Origin: a virus
Taxonomy: Duplodnaviria; Heunggongvirae; Uroviricota; Caudoviricetes
Direction: 5' to 3' (one strand)
DNA length: 64,000 nt
IMG/VR virus record: IMGVR_UViG_3300044712_000123
The notes under the pieces were generated by a model, which made no database searches, was not told the DNA's origin, and saw only the letters and a program-made list of their open reading frames with translations. Both the position numbers and the translations under genes were made by a program. Shown piece by piece: positions 18,391-28,860 of this stretch (within the stretch, counting starts at the first letter, position 1; the number at the start of each line of letters is the position of its first letter).

Positions 18391-18639
18391 TTAATCCCAT
18401 TCGTCTTCGTCGGTGTCGTCTTCGTATTCTTCGTAGTCGTCTTCTTGGAAGTGTTCTTCTGCATAGCCCTTCAATGCTGTATTGATAACCTTATCATTGA
18501 AAGCATTCTTGATATCGTCAACTTCATAGTTGTTTTCAATCAAGTATGTTACCAATGTATCGGCTGCATCTCCACGATCATTAAAATCAATATGCGTCTG
18601 TAACGCTTCCCAAACTTCTGCTACAATTTCTAAACTCAT
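18391..18639 (-). CDS. acidic hypothetical protein
   Basis: between uvsX and uvsY; D/E-rich tail. Confidence 0.7.
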   Translation of the reverse strand: MSLEIVAEVWEALQTHIDFNDRGDAADTLVTYLIENNYEVDDIKNAFNDKVINTALKGYAEEHFQEDDYEEYEDDTDEDEWD

Positions 18640-19706
18640 TCTGTATCTTCTCCCTCAGTGTTAGATACAGTACTTAGCACAGGTTTAGATTTTTCAGTAT
18701 ATTCGGCCATAACTTTGTCAAGACAGCCATCAACGTTAGCTTCCCATGCCTTACGAAACTTCTTAATGATTTCACCATCAAGTGTCGTATAGACCAATGA
18801 GTTGCCTTCTTTCTTAACAAGTTCAGCCTTCTCAATCATGTCAAGCATACCTGAGTATGGACTCATGCCTGATTCATAAGGAATCTTAACTTGAACACTT
18901 TCGAAAGGCTTAGCGTAACGTGTCTTCATGATTTTACATGCGGCACGAATACCACGTACATCACTAATCTTGTTGCCGTCTTCGTCTTCTTTCAGTTTCA
19001 GTTTCTTCATGGCAACTAGAATACTAGAAGCATAAACGAAACCTTGACCGCCTGATACTTTGTCATCAGGATCAAACATGTCTTGACTTGCATAAGTGTG
19101 ATTAGTTGCAACCATACCGATGCCTAGACTACCGAACATGTTAACACAGTTACGAACAAGTGCGGCGAGTGCTTTAGGCTTACGACCCATGTCACCCTTC
19201 ATGTCACCTGCTTCAAACTGATTAACGTCAGTAGGTGTCAATAACATACCAAGACTGTCAACAACGAACAATACCTTAGGACGATCTTCTTCTGGTAGTG
19301 CCTTGTATTCTTTTACGAATTCTGAAATTGTTTTAGCAACGTCATCAATCATAGCCATGTTAAGTTTCAACAACTTGCTGTCATCGGTGCTTACACCCAA
19401 TGCATGTAGCCATGCTTCATCCAATGCGTTTTCACTGTCAATCAATACAACGAAAATGCCTTGCTCTTGTGCGTGACGCACTAGGTTACCTGAACAGATG
19501 AAACTCTTACCAGAGCCTGATTCACCTGCGAATACAGTAACCTTACCTAGGGGAACACCCTTGTTAAAATCACCACTGATAAGATAGTTCAGTGCGTAGT
19601 TGCCTGTACTGATCCAATCAGTAGGATCGTTAAATCCGATACTAAGTCCTTCAATAGACTTTGTAATGCTTTTTCTAAATTTTGATACGTCAAATGGTTT
19701 AGCCAA
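18636..19706 (-). CDS. uvsX: UvsX/RecA-like recombinase
   Basis: STGNYALN, GESGSGKS, DSENA, VDSLGML, NHTY, SGG, KTR motifs; TTG start after GGAG. Confidence 0.93.
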   Translation of the reverse strand: MAKPFDVSKFRKSITKSIEGLSIGFNDPTDWISTGNYALNYLISGDFNKGVPLGKVTVFAGESGSGKSFICSGNLVRHAQEQGIFVVLIDSENALDEAWLHALGVSTDDSKLLKLNMAMIDDVAKTISEFVKEYKALPEEDRPKVLFVVDSLGMLLTPTDVNQFEAGDMKGDMGRKPKALAALVRNCVNMFGSLGIGMVATNHTYASQDMFDPDDKVSGGQGFVYASSILVAMKKLKLKEDEDGNKISDVRGIRAACKIMKTRYAKPFESVQVKIPYESGMSPYSGMLDMIEKAELVKKEGNSLVYTTLDGEIIKKFRKAWEANVDGCLDKVMAEYTEKSKPVLSTVSNTEGEDTE

Positions 19707-19944
19707 TTTTATCTCCAACATGTTTCATATGTAGTCTATCAGAGTAGGAGAGTTTATCAAACAATTCAGGGCACTTGTCTGCGAGATTATCAATCTCATA
19801 GTCTTGTGGGAAATGTCGTAGTGCGGCTCTTGCTCTGTCTCTGATTAAACTGGGTACTCGGGGAGTGCGACCAGGATCGCAAAGTTCCTCAAGTAACTTC
19901 TTGCCTTGCTTAAGGGCGCGGTAGCGTTCGTCTGGTAGTGTCAT
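19699..19944 (-). CDS. conserved phage protein (MTLPDERYRA...LRHFP)
   Basis: SD GGAG; coherent ORF. Confidence 0.7.
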   Translation of the reverse strand: MTLPDERYRALKQGKKLLEELCDPGRTPRVPSLIRDRARAALRHFPQDYEIDNLADKCPELFDKLSYSDRLHMKHVGDKIG

Positions 19945-19987
19945 GGGGATTCTCCGTTAGACAGGGGGCCGAAGCCCCCTGTTCCCA

Positions 19988-20986
19988 TTAAGACTTGTTT
20001 TGTCTTGCACGAATCATCGCTAGGATGTCTTGTGCTTTATCGCTTGATGGAGTTGAAGTTGGTACTTGAACTGGTGCACTTGAGGTAGACTCATCTTCCC
20101 AAGGTGCAGTTTCTGCTACCGGGGTAGCAACTGCAGGGGCGCTGGTTTCAGCAGACGCTTGTGTCTGACCTGCATTTGATGTACCTGATGGAGCTTCGAC
20201 ACCCCATGGGCGGTAGTATTGACCCCAACGTTCGTTATCAAACGCTTGACCATCAACTGATGCCTCAAACATTTCTTTGATAACACGCAATTCTGCTTCT
20301 GTAGGCTTCTTAGGCAAGAAGTCAGCCAAGTTGAACAAACCATGTGCTTCGATAGCCGCTTGCTCTGCTTCTGTCAATGGAGATTCTTTACGAGCCCAGT
20401 TAGAAGTTGAGTAGTCAGCATAGCCACCCTTGCTTGTCTTCTTGATGTTGAAGTCAAGACCACGCAAGTAGTCTGTTGGCAATTCATCAATCTCAGGATC
20501 CATCAAGCCAGCTTTAACAACTGGGATGATTTGTGGGCTGATGATGAATCGGCGAATTGGGTTTGCTGGGACTTTGTCGTCACCAAGTGGGTTTTGACGA
20601 ACAAAACCTTGGAACAAGTAACTACGCTTCTTCCAGTACTTGTTTGCCATTTCTTTCAATGTTTCGTCTTTGTACCAAGGACGAACTTCTGCCAAGATAG
20701 GGCAAGCGTCACCGTACATTTCCATACATGGAACTTGAACGATTACTTGTTTGAAGTTAGGATCACCCTTGACACCATTGAATGGCAATTTGATGATTTG
20801 CTTTTCGACCCAGAAGAAGTCGTTCTTTGAGTTACCGTCAGGTAAGAATCGAACACTTGCTGTAGTGCCTTCATCCATATTCCAGTGGGGGTAAACTGCG
20901 TTGTCAGATTGGGTGTTAGAACCCTTGTTGTTTGACTTGTTTTCTTGCGCTGCGATACGAGCGCGGATTTCTGCTAATGATGCCAT
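19988..20986 (-). CDS. single-stranded DNA-binding protein (gp32-like)
   Basis: VRFLPD, CMEMYGDACP, YWKKRSY, KGGYADYSTSNW, low-complexity linker; adjacent to uvsX. Confidence 0.85.
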   Translation of the reverse strand: MASLAEIRARIAAQENKSNNKGSNTQSDNAVYPHWNMDEGTTASVRFLPDGNSKNDFFWVEKQIIKLPFNGVKGDPNFKQVIVQVPCMEMYGDACPILAEVRPWYKDETLKEMANKYWKKRSYLFQGFVRQNPLGDDKVPANPIRRFIISPQIIPVVKAGLMDPEIDELPTDYLRGLDFNIKKTSKGGYADYSTSNWARKESPLTEAEQAAIEAHGLFNLADFLPKKPTEAELRVIKEMFEASVDGQAFDNERWGQYYRPWGVEAPSGTSNAGQTQASAETSAPAVATPVAETAPWEDESTSSAPVQVPTSTPSSDKAQDILAMIRARQNKS

Positions 20987-21114
20987 GATATATTTCCTTA
21001 TAAAATTGAGATGGTCTCTGTTTTAATATTCGACACTCACCGTGAATGTCTAACACAAATGTAAGTATAGCAAACGCTTACAAGCATGTCAATAGTATTT
21101 ATGCCGGATGTGGT

Positions 21115-21142
21115 AAACCTCACCTTTTAAGTGAGGTTTTTG
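21115..21142. terminator. intrinsic terminator-like hairpin
   Basis: AAACCTCAC-N6-GTGAGGTTTT. Confidence 0.65.
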
Positions 21143-21147
21143 AGAAC

Positions 21148-22974
21148 TTATTTACCCAATAGTTTGAGTAGTGTCGTTAGCTCATCTATGCCTTCGTCAA
21201 CTTGTTCCTTGTCATCATCTTCTTCTGTTACTACAGCTTGTGCGTCAGTGTTGATGAAGTTTTCGTTGGCACCAACTAGTTTACCGATATTGTTATTTTT
21301 AACTTTCTCAGTAGGACCTAATTGACCTACACGCTTTTGATTAGCGTCAAGCCCTTCATCGACTTCTTGACCAAACTCATCTGCTAAACGGTCAAAGACG
21401 ATTTCTTGAATACGTTCAAAATCATCATCTGGGTGTAGACCTGAATCGATGACAACATCATTGTACATATCTTGTACGAACTTACCTGCTGGTGTGTCGG
21501 CAGTGAACAAGTCATACAATGCGTCATAATCTTCGTTAGCAACAATATCTGATAACTCAGCATGTAGTTCGTCCATTGCACCTTCGTTAACACCTTGTGA
21601 TCCTGTCAATTCTCTTTCAACTTGTTTGACCCAACCACTAACGTCACTAGAACCAATTTCATCGGTGTCACCAACAAAGTCAGCAACACTATCAATAGCT
21701 GAACTAACAGCTTCAGGTCCAAACTTTGATAACAAGTCAACACGTTGCATTAAAATTCTACGAGTGATAGCTTGTGCAACAGGGCTAACTTCTTCTCCGG
21801 GGTTAGCTAACATACCTTCAGGGATTCCACTTGGATTCAGAGCCTCTTGACCTCCATCACCTTCAGATAGATTATCTTCTGGAGCATCTTCACCACCTGG
21901 TTCACCTGCATCGGCAGCAGTATCAACGTCAGTTTCTTCACTAGCTTCGCCACCATCGCCACCTTCAAGCAAGCTATCTGCCCATTCAGACAATGCACTG
22001 ACTTCTGCCATTTCGCTAACTTGTTTGTGTAATTTAGACAAGATTGGCATAACTGATTCGATGCGTGGATCTAACGTTTCTTGTACAAACAATTCGTTGA
22101 TAGAAGCGGTATCACTGTCGTCTTCCATTAGAGGAGGAGTCCATGATTCAAAGTACATGTTGTATCCACGGTGGCCTGTCATCTTGCTCAATGACTCACG
22201 CAACGAGTTATAGTGGGCAATACCACTTTCTACTAATTTCTGTGCTGATTCATTGAACTGACCGCCACGTGTAGCACGAACGAATCCTGCCATCTTTTGA
22301 TATTCTTCGCAAATGCTACTGATATGATTCCAACGATCATCGTGAGGCTTGCCACCTTCTGCGATGTGACGAGCGTATACCTTAGCAATACCAGGCTTTG
22401 TAGTAGGAGCTAAGAATCTCTCACCTTCTTGATTCTCTAAGAAGATACGTGCCACATTACGATAGCGTTGTTCACCTTCTTCGATTTGACGGCTGTGTTG
22501 AATGACCATCTTAACTGTAGGAACTGCGTCACTGTAACTAGCTTTCTTACCCATCGGATAATAGCCTTCTTTAATTGCTTCTTGTTTTCTCATGTGTTCT
22601 CTCCGTGCCATATCTGATTCTAAATGGTCTTCGTTTTCTAAATCGAATTTGCGCAAGCCATTACGGAAGCGCCAGCTGCTCAACAATCTCACAAATGAAG
22701 TCCAACTGTCAGAGTACTGTGTACCTGATGTATTTGTATCAGGGCTGTTAGCTACTTCGTCACCGTAGTAAACAATCAATTTCTTGTCACCGTCAATGGT
22801 AATAGATACCTTGCCGTAGTCTTCACCGTCTTTGATGAAGTTGAATTGGAATACTGCTGCCTCTTCAGGAACAGGAGTTGCCTGACCTGAAGAAGATAAC
22901 ATCTTGGGTTTGTAACCTCTACTGCGTAGAAGCTCATATAAATCGCGGTTTAACGCTTCTGAATTCTTAGACAT
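21148..22974 (-). CDS. acidic putative head/prohead-associated protein
   Basis: late promoter; next to terL; acidic modules bounded by xxE sites (inference). Confidence 0.5.
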   Translation of the reverse strand: MSKNSEALNRDLYELLRSRGYKPKMLSSSGQATPVPEEAAVFQFNFIKDGEDYGKVSITIDGDKKLIVYYGDEVANSPDTNTSGTQYSDSWTSFVRLLSSWRFRNGLRKFDLENEDHLESDMARREHMRKQEAIKEGYYPMGKKASYSDAVPTVKMVIQHSRQIEEGEQRYRNVARIFLENQEGERFLAPTTKPGIAKVYARHIAEGGKPHDDRWNHISSICEEYQKMAGFVRATRGGQFNESAQKLVESGIAHYNSLRESLSKMTGHRGYNMYFESWTPPLMEDDSDTASINELFVQETLDPRIESVMPILSKLHKQVSEMAEVSALSEWADSLLEGGDGGEASEETDVDTAADAGEPGGEDAPEDNLSEGDGGQEALNPSGIPEGMLANPGEEVSPVAQAITRRILMQRVDLLSKFGPEAVSSAIDSVADFVGDTDEIGSSDVSGWVKQVERELTGSQGVNEGAMDELHAELSDIVANEDYDALYDLFTADTPAGKFVQDMYNDVVIDSGLHPDDDFERIQEIVFDRLADEFGQEVDEGLDANQKRVGQLGPTEKVKNNNIGKLVGANENFINTDAQAVVTEEDDDKEQVDEGIDELTTLLKLLGK

Positions 22975-22994
22975 CTTATATTTATCTTCCTCAG

Positions 22995-24548
22995 TTAGTT
23001 AATGACTGCAAAGAAAGGCAACGGAGCGATTCGTTCCTCGTGGTCTCTAATATGTGCTTCTAGCTTAAAGTGATAGTCGCTAACCACTGTTAAAATACGT
23101 ACAACTAATAAACTAGCCATCACTAAGTCATCAGTATCACCGATTTTAGCTGCAAAACTGCCACCATGGGCTACAAAAGACTTCAATTCACTGATAAGAC
23201 TATGACTATTTACCTTCATTTTCTTGCTTTCCACTAGTGTTTTGAACTTTGCGCAAGCTGCAAGTTTGCTCTTGTTAGTAGTGTTGAATCCTCTACGACT
23301 CTTACCTGGTTCAGATAAGAAGATACCGGGGATATTAGACTCTCCGAATTCATTCAACGACACAATAGCTGCTTCGCCGATACCATTACATTCAATTGAG
23401 TAGTAGATGCTGTTGGGTTCGCTTGTACATTCAGCAATGTATCGATTGATTTGTGCAAGTAATTTAATTTGACTAGGAATGTCGGTCTTGTTGTGCTTCC
23501 ACTCACCGATCTGTGTTGTTGTGTTAGCTTCAAAGATTTGAATAGCTGCTGGATCACCACCTGTACCAAGTGAAGGATCTAGTGCAACAACATAGATGTT
23601 GCCCTTCTTAGGCTTCTCGTACCAACGAACCTGTCCCATTCTATTGACAGGTTCAGTGCCCTCCATCATGATTAGAGTGTTAGGATTGATAAGCGTTTCG
23701 TCAGCAATAATGAACTCACAACCAATCTCTCGATTGAAACGATCCTCACCTAACTGAGCCTTCATTTCTTTAGCCCATTGTTCATCTCGTCCGGGTTGTT
23801 CATTCCAGTAAGCTCTATATGCTCTAAATCCGTTGACTCCTAACTCTGTCTTGTTACCGTATTCGTCTTCTGTCTTGTTGGCACCCTTCCAGATCAGAGC
23901 AAATTGATCTTCGTCACTGTTAGGAGTACTTGTGATAATCGCTTTACCACCAGTTGACAATGTAGGTGTAATAGCAGTCCAGAACTCTGTCGCAATACTA
24001 GGTCGAACGAATGCAAATTCGTCTAGGTATAATAATGAGATAGACATACCACGACCTGTGTTTTCAGTAGTTGTAGCTGAAACGATACGTGAACCGTTCT
24101 CAAAGTCTAGTGAGCCTTTGTTGTACGTAGTGACACCTGCTTTAATGTAGTCGGGGCAGTTTTCATATGCATAACGAATACGTTGCATGATTTCTTGCGC
24201 ACCTGTGTACTTGTGTGCTGCGATTAGAATAGTTGAATCAGGTACAAACATAGCGTACCACAATAGGTATCCTGCGGCTGATGTACTCTTACCTGACTGA
24301 CGAGGCATCAAGCTGATAGAGTAACGATATCTGTGATACGTATCGATCAATTTCTCTTGATAGGGCCAAGGGTGATAATTCATGCTACCCTTAGTAGGGT
24401 GCTGAATCATAAAGAAGTTATCCATGAAGTATAGATAACCCGTATTAGGGTCACAGCATTTTGCAAACTCTTGCAGTTGTTGTGTAGTGTAGGCCGTCTT
24501 TTGATAAGGTGTTTTTACTAATGACGGAGCGTTATTGTTTGTAGCCAT
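22995..24548 (-). CDS. terL: terminase large subunit (gp17-like)
   Basis: PYQ, PRQSGKS Walker A, LYLDEFAF Walker B, STPN coupling motif, nuclease LDPS...DDLVMA. Confidence 0.95.
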   Translation of the reverse strand: MATNNNAPSLVKTPYQKTAYTTQQLQEFAKCCDPNTGYLYFMDNFFMIQHPTKGSMNYHPWPYQEKLIDTYHRYRYSISLMPRQSGKSTSAAGYLLWYAMFVPDSTILIAAHKYTGAQEIMQRIRYAYENCPDYIKAGVTTYNKGSLDFENGSRIVSATTTENTGRGMSISLLYLDEFAFVRPSIATEFWTAITPTLSTGGKAIITSTPNSDEDQFALIWKGANKTEDEYGNKTELGVNGFRAYRAYWNEQPGRDEQWAKEMKAQLGEDRFNREIGCEFIIADETLINPNTLIMMEGTEPVNRMGQVRWYEKPKKGNIYVVALDPSLGTGGDPAAIQIFEANTTTQIGEWKHNKTDIPSQIKLLAQINRYIAECTSEPNSIYYSIECNGIGEAAIVSLNEFGESNIPGIFLSEPGKSRRGFNTTNKSKLAACAKFKTLVESKKMKVNSHSLISELKSFVAHGGSFAAKIGDTDDLVMASLLVVRILTVVSDYHFKLEAHIRDHEERIAPLPFFAVIN

Positions 24549-24573
24549 AACACTATTTATGAATTAAATGCTA

Positions 24574-24852
24574 CTATTTTGAAAAAGGGTTTTCACCAGT
24601 AAGATGTGGCTTTGCAAACATAACCTTGAACCACTCTTTGTCACCGGGACGAATGTTGTTCTCACGCATGTACTCAGTTTTCTTAGCTGCGAGTTCGTAG
24701 TTAGGAGTTACTGTAGTCTCTCCTGTGATCTTTCCGTTGCCACTCAAACGTTTCAACTCGTCAAGTGTCATATCTTTCTCGGGTGCAGGTTTATACTCCT
24801 TCATAGATTGATATGCGTTTTGTAACTTAGATTGTTGAAACGGATCAAACAT
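24574..24852 (-). CDS. hypothetical virion-associated protein
   Basis: LDELKRLSG, NIRPGDKEWF; ends with tandem TAG TAG. Confidence 0.65.
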   Translation of the reverse strand: MFDPFQQSKLQNAYQSMKEYKPAPEKDMTLDELKRLSGNGKITGETTVTPNYELAAKKTEYMRENNIRPGDKEWFKVMFAKPHLTGENPFSK

Positions 24853-25852
24853 TGTTTGCGATTAAATAACCTTCAATCTGTCCACCAATATTGCTAGTGC
24901 CGCTACTACTTGCAACTTGCCATTGAATGTCAGTTTTTTCCGGGTATGGTCGAGGGACAACTTTTGTAGAATTGTACTGTTGTTGCATTGGAAATGTCAA
25001 TACAATACTAACCAAGCCGCTGGGATTTTTCGTCCAACTTCTATACAATGCAGTCTGGCTACCTGTTTGGTTCGTATACCAATTACTTTGTGTAAGATAA
25101 AATGTATATCCGGCAGGAACTGTGTACACTGTCATTTGGCTTCTACCGGCGCTGTTGTTATTCACTGTTCCAATGTATGCAAGTGTAATAGATTTATCGC
25201 TACTCCCTGCACGAAGTAATCCTACGTTCTGTGGTACTCTTGTTAAGCTGATACTATTAATCCTCAAGAAACTACCTGAGGTCAATACTCCTGTAGTGCC
25301 GTTTGTTAATACAACGGTCTCGGTGAGAATATTATAACTTGCATCTAACCCACTGACTAGTACACTAACGTTAGTATCACTTGCGCTAGCACTCCAAACA
25401 CGTACTTGTTGTGCTGAATTGAAGTACACATATGTCCCATCTTCCCAAGCTGGGATAAACGTGGTTCCAACGTTAGAACTATATCCTGAGATACTCAACC
25501 CCTGAACACCAGATACTTGATTTCTGGCAACTTGTAATTGCCATGGAGCATTGTCTAAACTGTAGTTGTTATCCAAAGATACAATCCATGGATTAGTTCC
25601 TTGTGTTACTTCTACCGTTTGTCCCGGATCAATTGTAATATTACCTGCAATAGGCATGTACGGGACTTGTAGATTTCCTGATGTTCCAATCTCACTAATA
25701 TGTGCATCTACTGATGTACCTATCGTCACATTTCCGATAATCTGTGCGTTTGTATTTAAATAAACCGTACCGGTAGTTTCATCTAGTGCCAATGCTTGGT
25801 TGATATTGCGTAAGTACCAAGGACTTACATTTGATGGATCTGGTGTTGCCAT
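24845..25852 (-). CDS. putative virion structural protein (beta-rich)
   Basis: late promoter; S/T/G/N/V-rich composition. Confidence 0.55.
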   Translation of the reverse strand: MATPDPSNVSPWYLRNINQALALDETTGTVYLNTNAQIIGNVTIGTSVDAHISEIGTSGNLQVPYMPIAGNITIDPGQTVEVTQGTNPWIVSLDNNYSLDNAPWQLQVARNQVSGVQGLSISGYSSNVGTTFIPAWEDGTYVYFNSAQQVRVWSASASDTNVSVLVSGLDASYNILTETVVLTNGTTGVLTSGSFLRINSISLTRVPQNVGLLRAGSSDKSITLAYIGTVNNNSAGRSQMTVYTVPAGYTFYLTQSNWYTNQTGSQTALYRSWTKNPSGLVSIVLTFPMQQQYNSTKVVPRPYPEKTDIQWQVASSSGTSNIGGQIEGYLIANNV

Positions 25853-25882
25853 ATAAAACTCACTATTATTGAGTATTTATCA

Positions 25883-26551
25883 TTATACATCTTTGATTAG
25901 GTTAGATATCCATAGTTTGTGTAGTTCTAGGGATTCAGCGGGCAATGTAAGTCCCAGGTTGTCTTGTAGAAGCCCATTAAGATAATTCCAACCTTCTAAT
26001 GAGAACAGTTTTTCTATTTCTACTACGAAACCATTGGTCTCATCAGCTAATAATATGAACTCTGACGTATCAGGGGTGATTATCTTCTCAAAATACAACG
26101 GTAGTGAATACTGCTCAGGTTGTTGAGGACCTAGTCTATATTTGTCTATTCGTTGTTTAGGCAGAGAATTGGGGCTAGGCCAGGATACTATTAACCAAAC
26201 ACAATCATCTAATCCCAAGAAGGCATCTCGAATTAAGTTTGTCTGATAACAAGCCCAGTGACCATGAATGATATTGGTATTAGCATTATTCTCTAATACA
26301 AGTCGATGTTTTTTTGAGTCATCTAGTAATGCATCCATCTGATTTGTTTGAAATAGATGTACTTTATAAAACGAGCCGGGCTGCCCGTCAGACAGGTAAC
26401 CCTTCTGTAGCTTATTAAAATAGTCTGTTGAGTGGAATCTAGGTTCAAACCCAGTTATAGTACTGAGTAAATTAGATACATGATTCCCACCGCCACCTCC
26501 GGGATACAAGACACACAAGTGCTTGTACCTTTTGGTTATTTTAGCGGTCAT
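25883..26551 (-). CDS. hypothetical protein (P-loop/sulfotransferase-like N-terminus)
   Basis: VLYPGGGGGNHVSNLL motif; weak assignment. Confidence 0.5.
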   Translation of the reverse strand: MTAKITKRYKHLCVLYPGGGGGNHVSNLLSTITGFEPRFHSTDYFNKLQKGYLSDGQPGSFYKVHLFQTNQMDALLDDSKKHRLVLENNANTNIIHGHWACYQTNLIRDAFLGLDDCVWLIVSWPSPNSLPKQRIDKYRLGPQQPEQYSLPLYFEKIITPDTSEFILLADETNGFVVEIEKLFSLEGWNYLNGLLQDNLGLTLPAESLELHKLWISNLIKDV

Positions 26552-27237
26552 TTAATATCAAGAGGTCTAGCTTTAGTGGCTACAATGCAGTAGAACTTCT
26601 CTCTAGCAGTATAGTCTTCACCATTTCCATTTTTACCTTGAAGATCGAACTCTAGTTTTTCGAACATGTTAATGTCAAAGCCTGTTCGTACTAGCAATGC
26701 AGCTAGTTGCTGTTCACCCAAGATACTATAGTGATTCAAATTCCACTCATGCTGACGGTCACAGTCGGGAGCAGGAACTTCAATGTAAATCTTACCGTTT
26801 TGTTTTAAAACACGATTGTATTCCATCAAACTAAAGATAGGATATGGACTGTGTTCCAATGCGTGTCGCAAGAAAATGAAGTCTACTGATTCATCGTGAT
26901 ATCCATCGGCTTGTGGCAAAAAACTCAAGTCATATGGCTTAGTAGTATGACCTTTAGTCTTACAGATTTCAATGTCACCGGGGCTTAGTGTAACTCCAAT
27001 GACATCAGTGTATTCTCTTTCCTTCATCGCATCTAAGAAATAACCGGGGCCACAACCTAAGTCAAGAATTTTAGCATCTTTTGGGATATTAAGAGGATCT
27101 ATATATTTCTGAACGATATCGGCAGTAAGTTTTTCATGCATCGGGCTGTTACCCTCATCATAGATGTGGGCTGTGTACAACCATTCGTTGTAAAACTTGA
27201 GTTTGAGTAAATCTAGGGTGTTGTTAATGTCAATCAT
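26548..27237 (-). CDS. class I SAM-dependent methyltransferase
   Basis: ILDLGCGPG, RHALEH, RVLKQNG motifs. Confidence 0.9.
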   Translation of the reverse strand: MIDINNTLDLLKLKFYNEWLYTAHIYDEGNSPMHEKLTADIVQKYIDPLNIPKDAKILDLGCGPGYFLDAMKEREYTDVIGVTLSPGDIEICKTKGHTTKPYDLSFLPQADGYHDESVDFIFLRHALEHSPYPIFSLMEYNRVLKQNGKIYIEVPAPDCDRQHEWNLNHYSILGEQQLAALLVRTGFDINMFEKLEFDLQGKNGNGEDYTAREKFYCIVATKARPLDIK

Positions 27238-27269
27238 AGAATTACTTATTCTATGACAGGCTTGAGAAA

Positions 27270-27644
27270 TTATTTTCTCTTATATCCCTTGAAGGGTTTT
27301 ACTAGACTTTGGGTGTTTGTTCCTGGCAACTCTCGGCTCTCATTGTCGCCGTGATTTAAGTCATGCATCTCACTACCAACAGCACCGTATGCTTGTTTAA
27401 GCATAGCAGCTTCAATATCAGTATATGGATGTGCAGTATTGAATCTACCGCTCCAAGTCTCTGCATCTAGTTCAAGTGGAGTGACACCATCGGCACATGC
27501 GGTAGCCATCATGATACGATTCAATTCATATGTCCTGTCGTATCCACCTGGGTCACGAAACTTATGTAGTCCGCGGGTAGCATTTGATTGTCGCTTTGTA
27601 GGTTTAGCTACTTTACGCTCTGTTAAAAATTCGCTGGCTCTCAT
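27270..27644 (-). CDS. putative internal head protein (MRAxEF family), paralogue A
   Basis: MRASEFLTE N-terminus; FKGYKRK C-terminus. Confidence 0.6.
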   Translation of the reverse strand: MRASEFLTERKVAKPTKRQSNATRGLHKFRDPGGYDRTYELNRIMMATACADGVTPLELDAETWSGRFNTAHPYTDIEAAMLKQAYGAVGSEMHDLNHGDNESRELPGTNTQSLVKPFKGYKRK

Positions 27645-28033
27645 TTTCTCTTGTATCCTTTGAAAGCCTTCATTGGGCTACTTTTAACAACATCTACTGC
27701 TTCTTCACTACCATCAGTACTAATTAATGTCTTCCCGCTTACGCCAACTTCCTTCATAGCTAGGTCGATATCTGCTGCGATGTTAGGATCCATATAAGAC
27801 GATACAATCATGTTCTCGCCCCAAGGAGTTTCTTTTTCGAAGTTATAAGGAGGAATAGAGTCTTGTGCTCTTTCTACTTGACCGCGAACTCCTGCCATAG
27901 CAACACCAAATCTATACTGTGCATAGAAATCACTGTTTGGTAAGCCCGGAATTGTGTAGGTGCCTGGCAACGCTCTAGCAATATCAACAGACAATGCTAC
28001 TCGTTGTTCGGTTATAAATTCTTTTGCTCTCAT
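27641..28033 (-). CDS. putative internal head protein (MRAxEF family), paralogue B
   Basis: MRAKEFITE N-terminus; FKGYKRK C-terminus. Confidence 0.6.
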   Translation of the reverse strand: MRAKEFITEQRVALSVDIARALPGTYTIPGLPNSDFYAQYRFGVAMAGVRGQVERAQDSIPPYNFEKETPWGENMIVSSYMDPNIAADIDLAMKEVGVSGKTLISTDGSEEAVDVVKSSPMKAFKGYKRK

Positions 28034-28560
28034 GCTGGTTGCTCAGTCGTGATCTCAGCTAATCCTTCTGTTCCTAAAACGCCCGAGTCATTTTCAAGGG
28101 ACATTGACATACCAACGACATTATCATTGAACATAATTTGATATCCAATAAAGTGGTTCACTTGGTCGTTAACTGTTGGGGTAACGTATATGTTGACGAA
28201 TCCATCTATGATATCCATATCGTAGTTACTGACTACATGCGTACCGTTGATAAGAGCATTAAATGCTGTAAACTTCACGGACGTTAAATCATTGGAAATT
28301 GCAGCAGTCATTGTGATGTTTTGACTATCATTGGTTGCAGGATTTACTGAATTGATCTGAAACTGCGCTTGGGTAAAGAGTGTAGCGTCTATGCTGAAAA
28401 TAGATTGCGTAGTATCATCAAGCGTTACGCTTTCAGTAGTGGCCCAACCAGTTCCAAACAGTTGTGTGAAGTTATTATTGATCTTTGCAAAAGCCGTGCG
28501 TAACGGATCGCCTTCACCGTCGTTGGCTTGTGCGCCAATATTAATAATTTCTTGTGTCAT
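28030..28560 (-). CDS. baseplate/tail-associated protein (gp9/gp10-like N-terminus)
   Basis: INIGAQANDGEGDPLRTAFAKINNNFTQL motif. Confidence 0.75.
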   Translation of the reverse strand: MTQEIINIGAQANDGEGDPLRTAFAKINNNFTQLFGTGWATTESVTLDDTTQSIFSIDATLFTQAQFQINSVNPATNDSQNITMTAAISNDLTSVKFTAFNALINGTHVVSNYDMDIIDGFVNIYVTPTVNDQVNHFIGYQIMFNDNVVGMSMSLENDSGVLGTEGLAEITTEQPA

Positions 28561-28590
28561 TTGTGTAAATCCTAGCCTATAAAGTATTTA

Positions 28591-28860
28591 TCAAAACCCG
28601 AACCAACCTCTGGGCTGCTCAAGTTTGATTTCTCGCTTACTAGCTTGGATTTGTTGTATTGCTTTGATAGCTTCGACCTTAACTTCAGATGTTGCATCCT
28701 TTGCTAACTCGGTCAAAGCAGCAATTCTTGCAGCATCAGTGACTGTTTGGTCTCTACTGAATGACTTTTGCGCATCAACATATGTGTCAAATTCTTTAGT
28801 AGATGCACATCCAGCTAGCAGCACAGTACATAATATGATACTATTTTGCGCTATCTTCAT
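28591..28860 (-). CDS. lipoprotein
   Basis: lipobox LLAGC. Confidence 0.7.
   Translation of the reverse strand: MKIAQNSIILCTVLLAGCASTKEFDTYVDAQKSFSRDQTVTDAARIAALTELAKDATSEVKVEAIKAIQQIQASKREIKLEQPRGWFGF

Noticed and set aside
21005-21055. Hairpin GACATTCAC/GTGAGTGTC in the SSB leader as a gene-32-type autoregulatory pseudoknot
   Set aside because: A hairpin is present, but I could not identify a convincing second stem; single instance with no covariation evidence.
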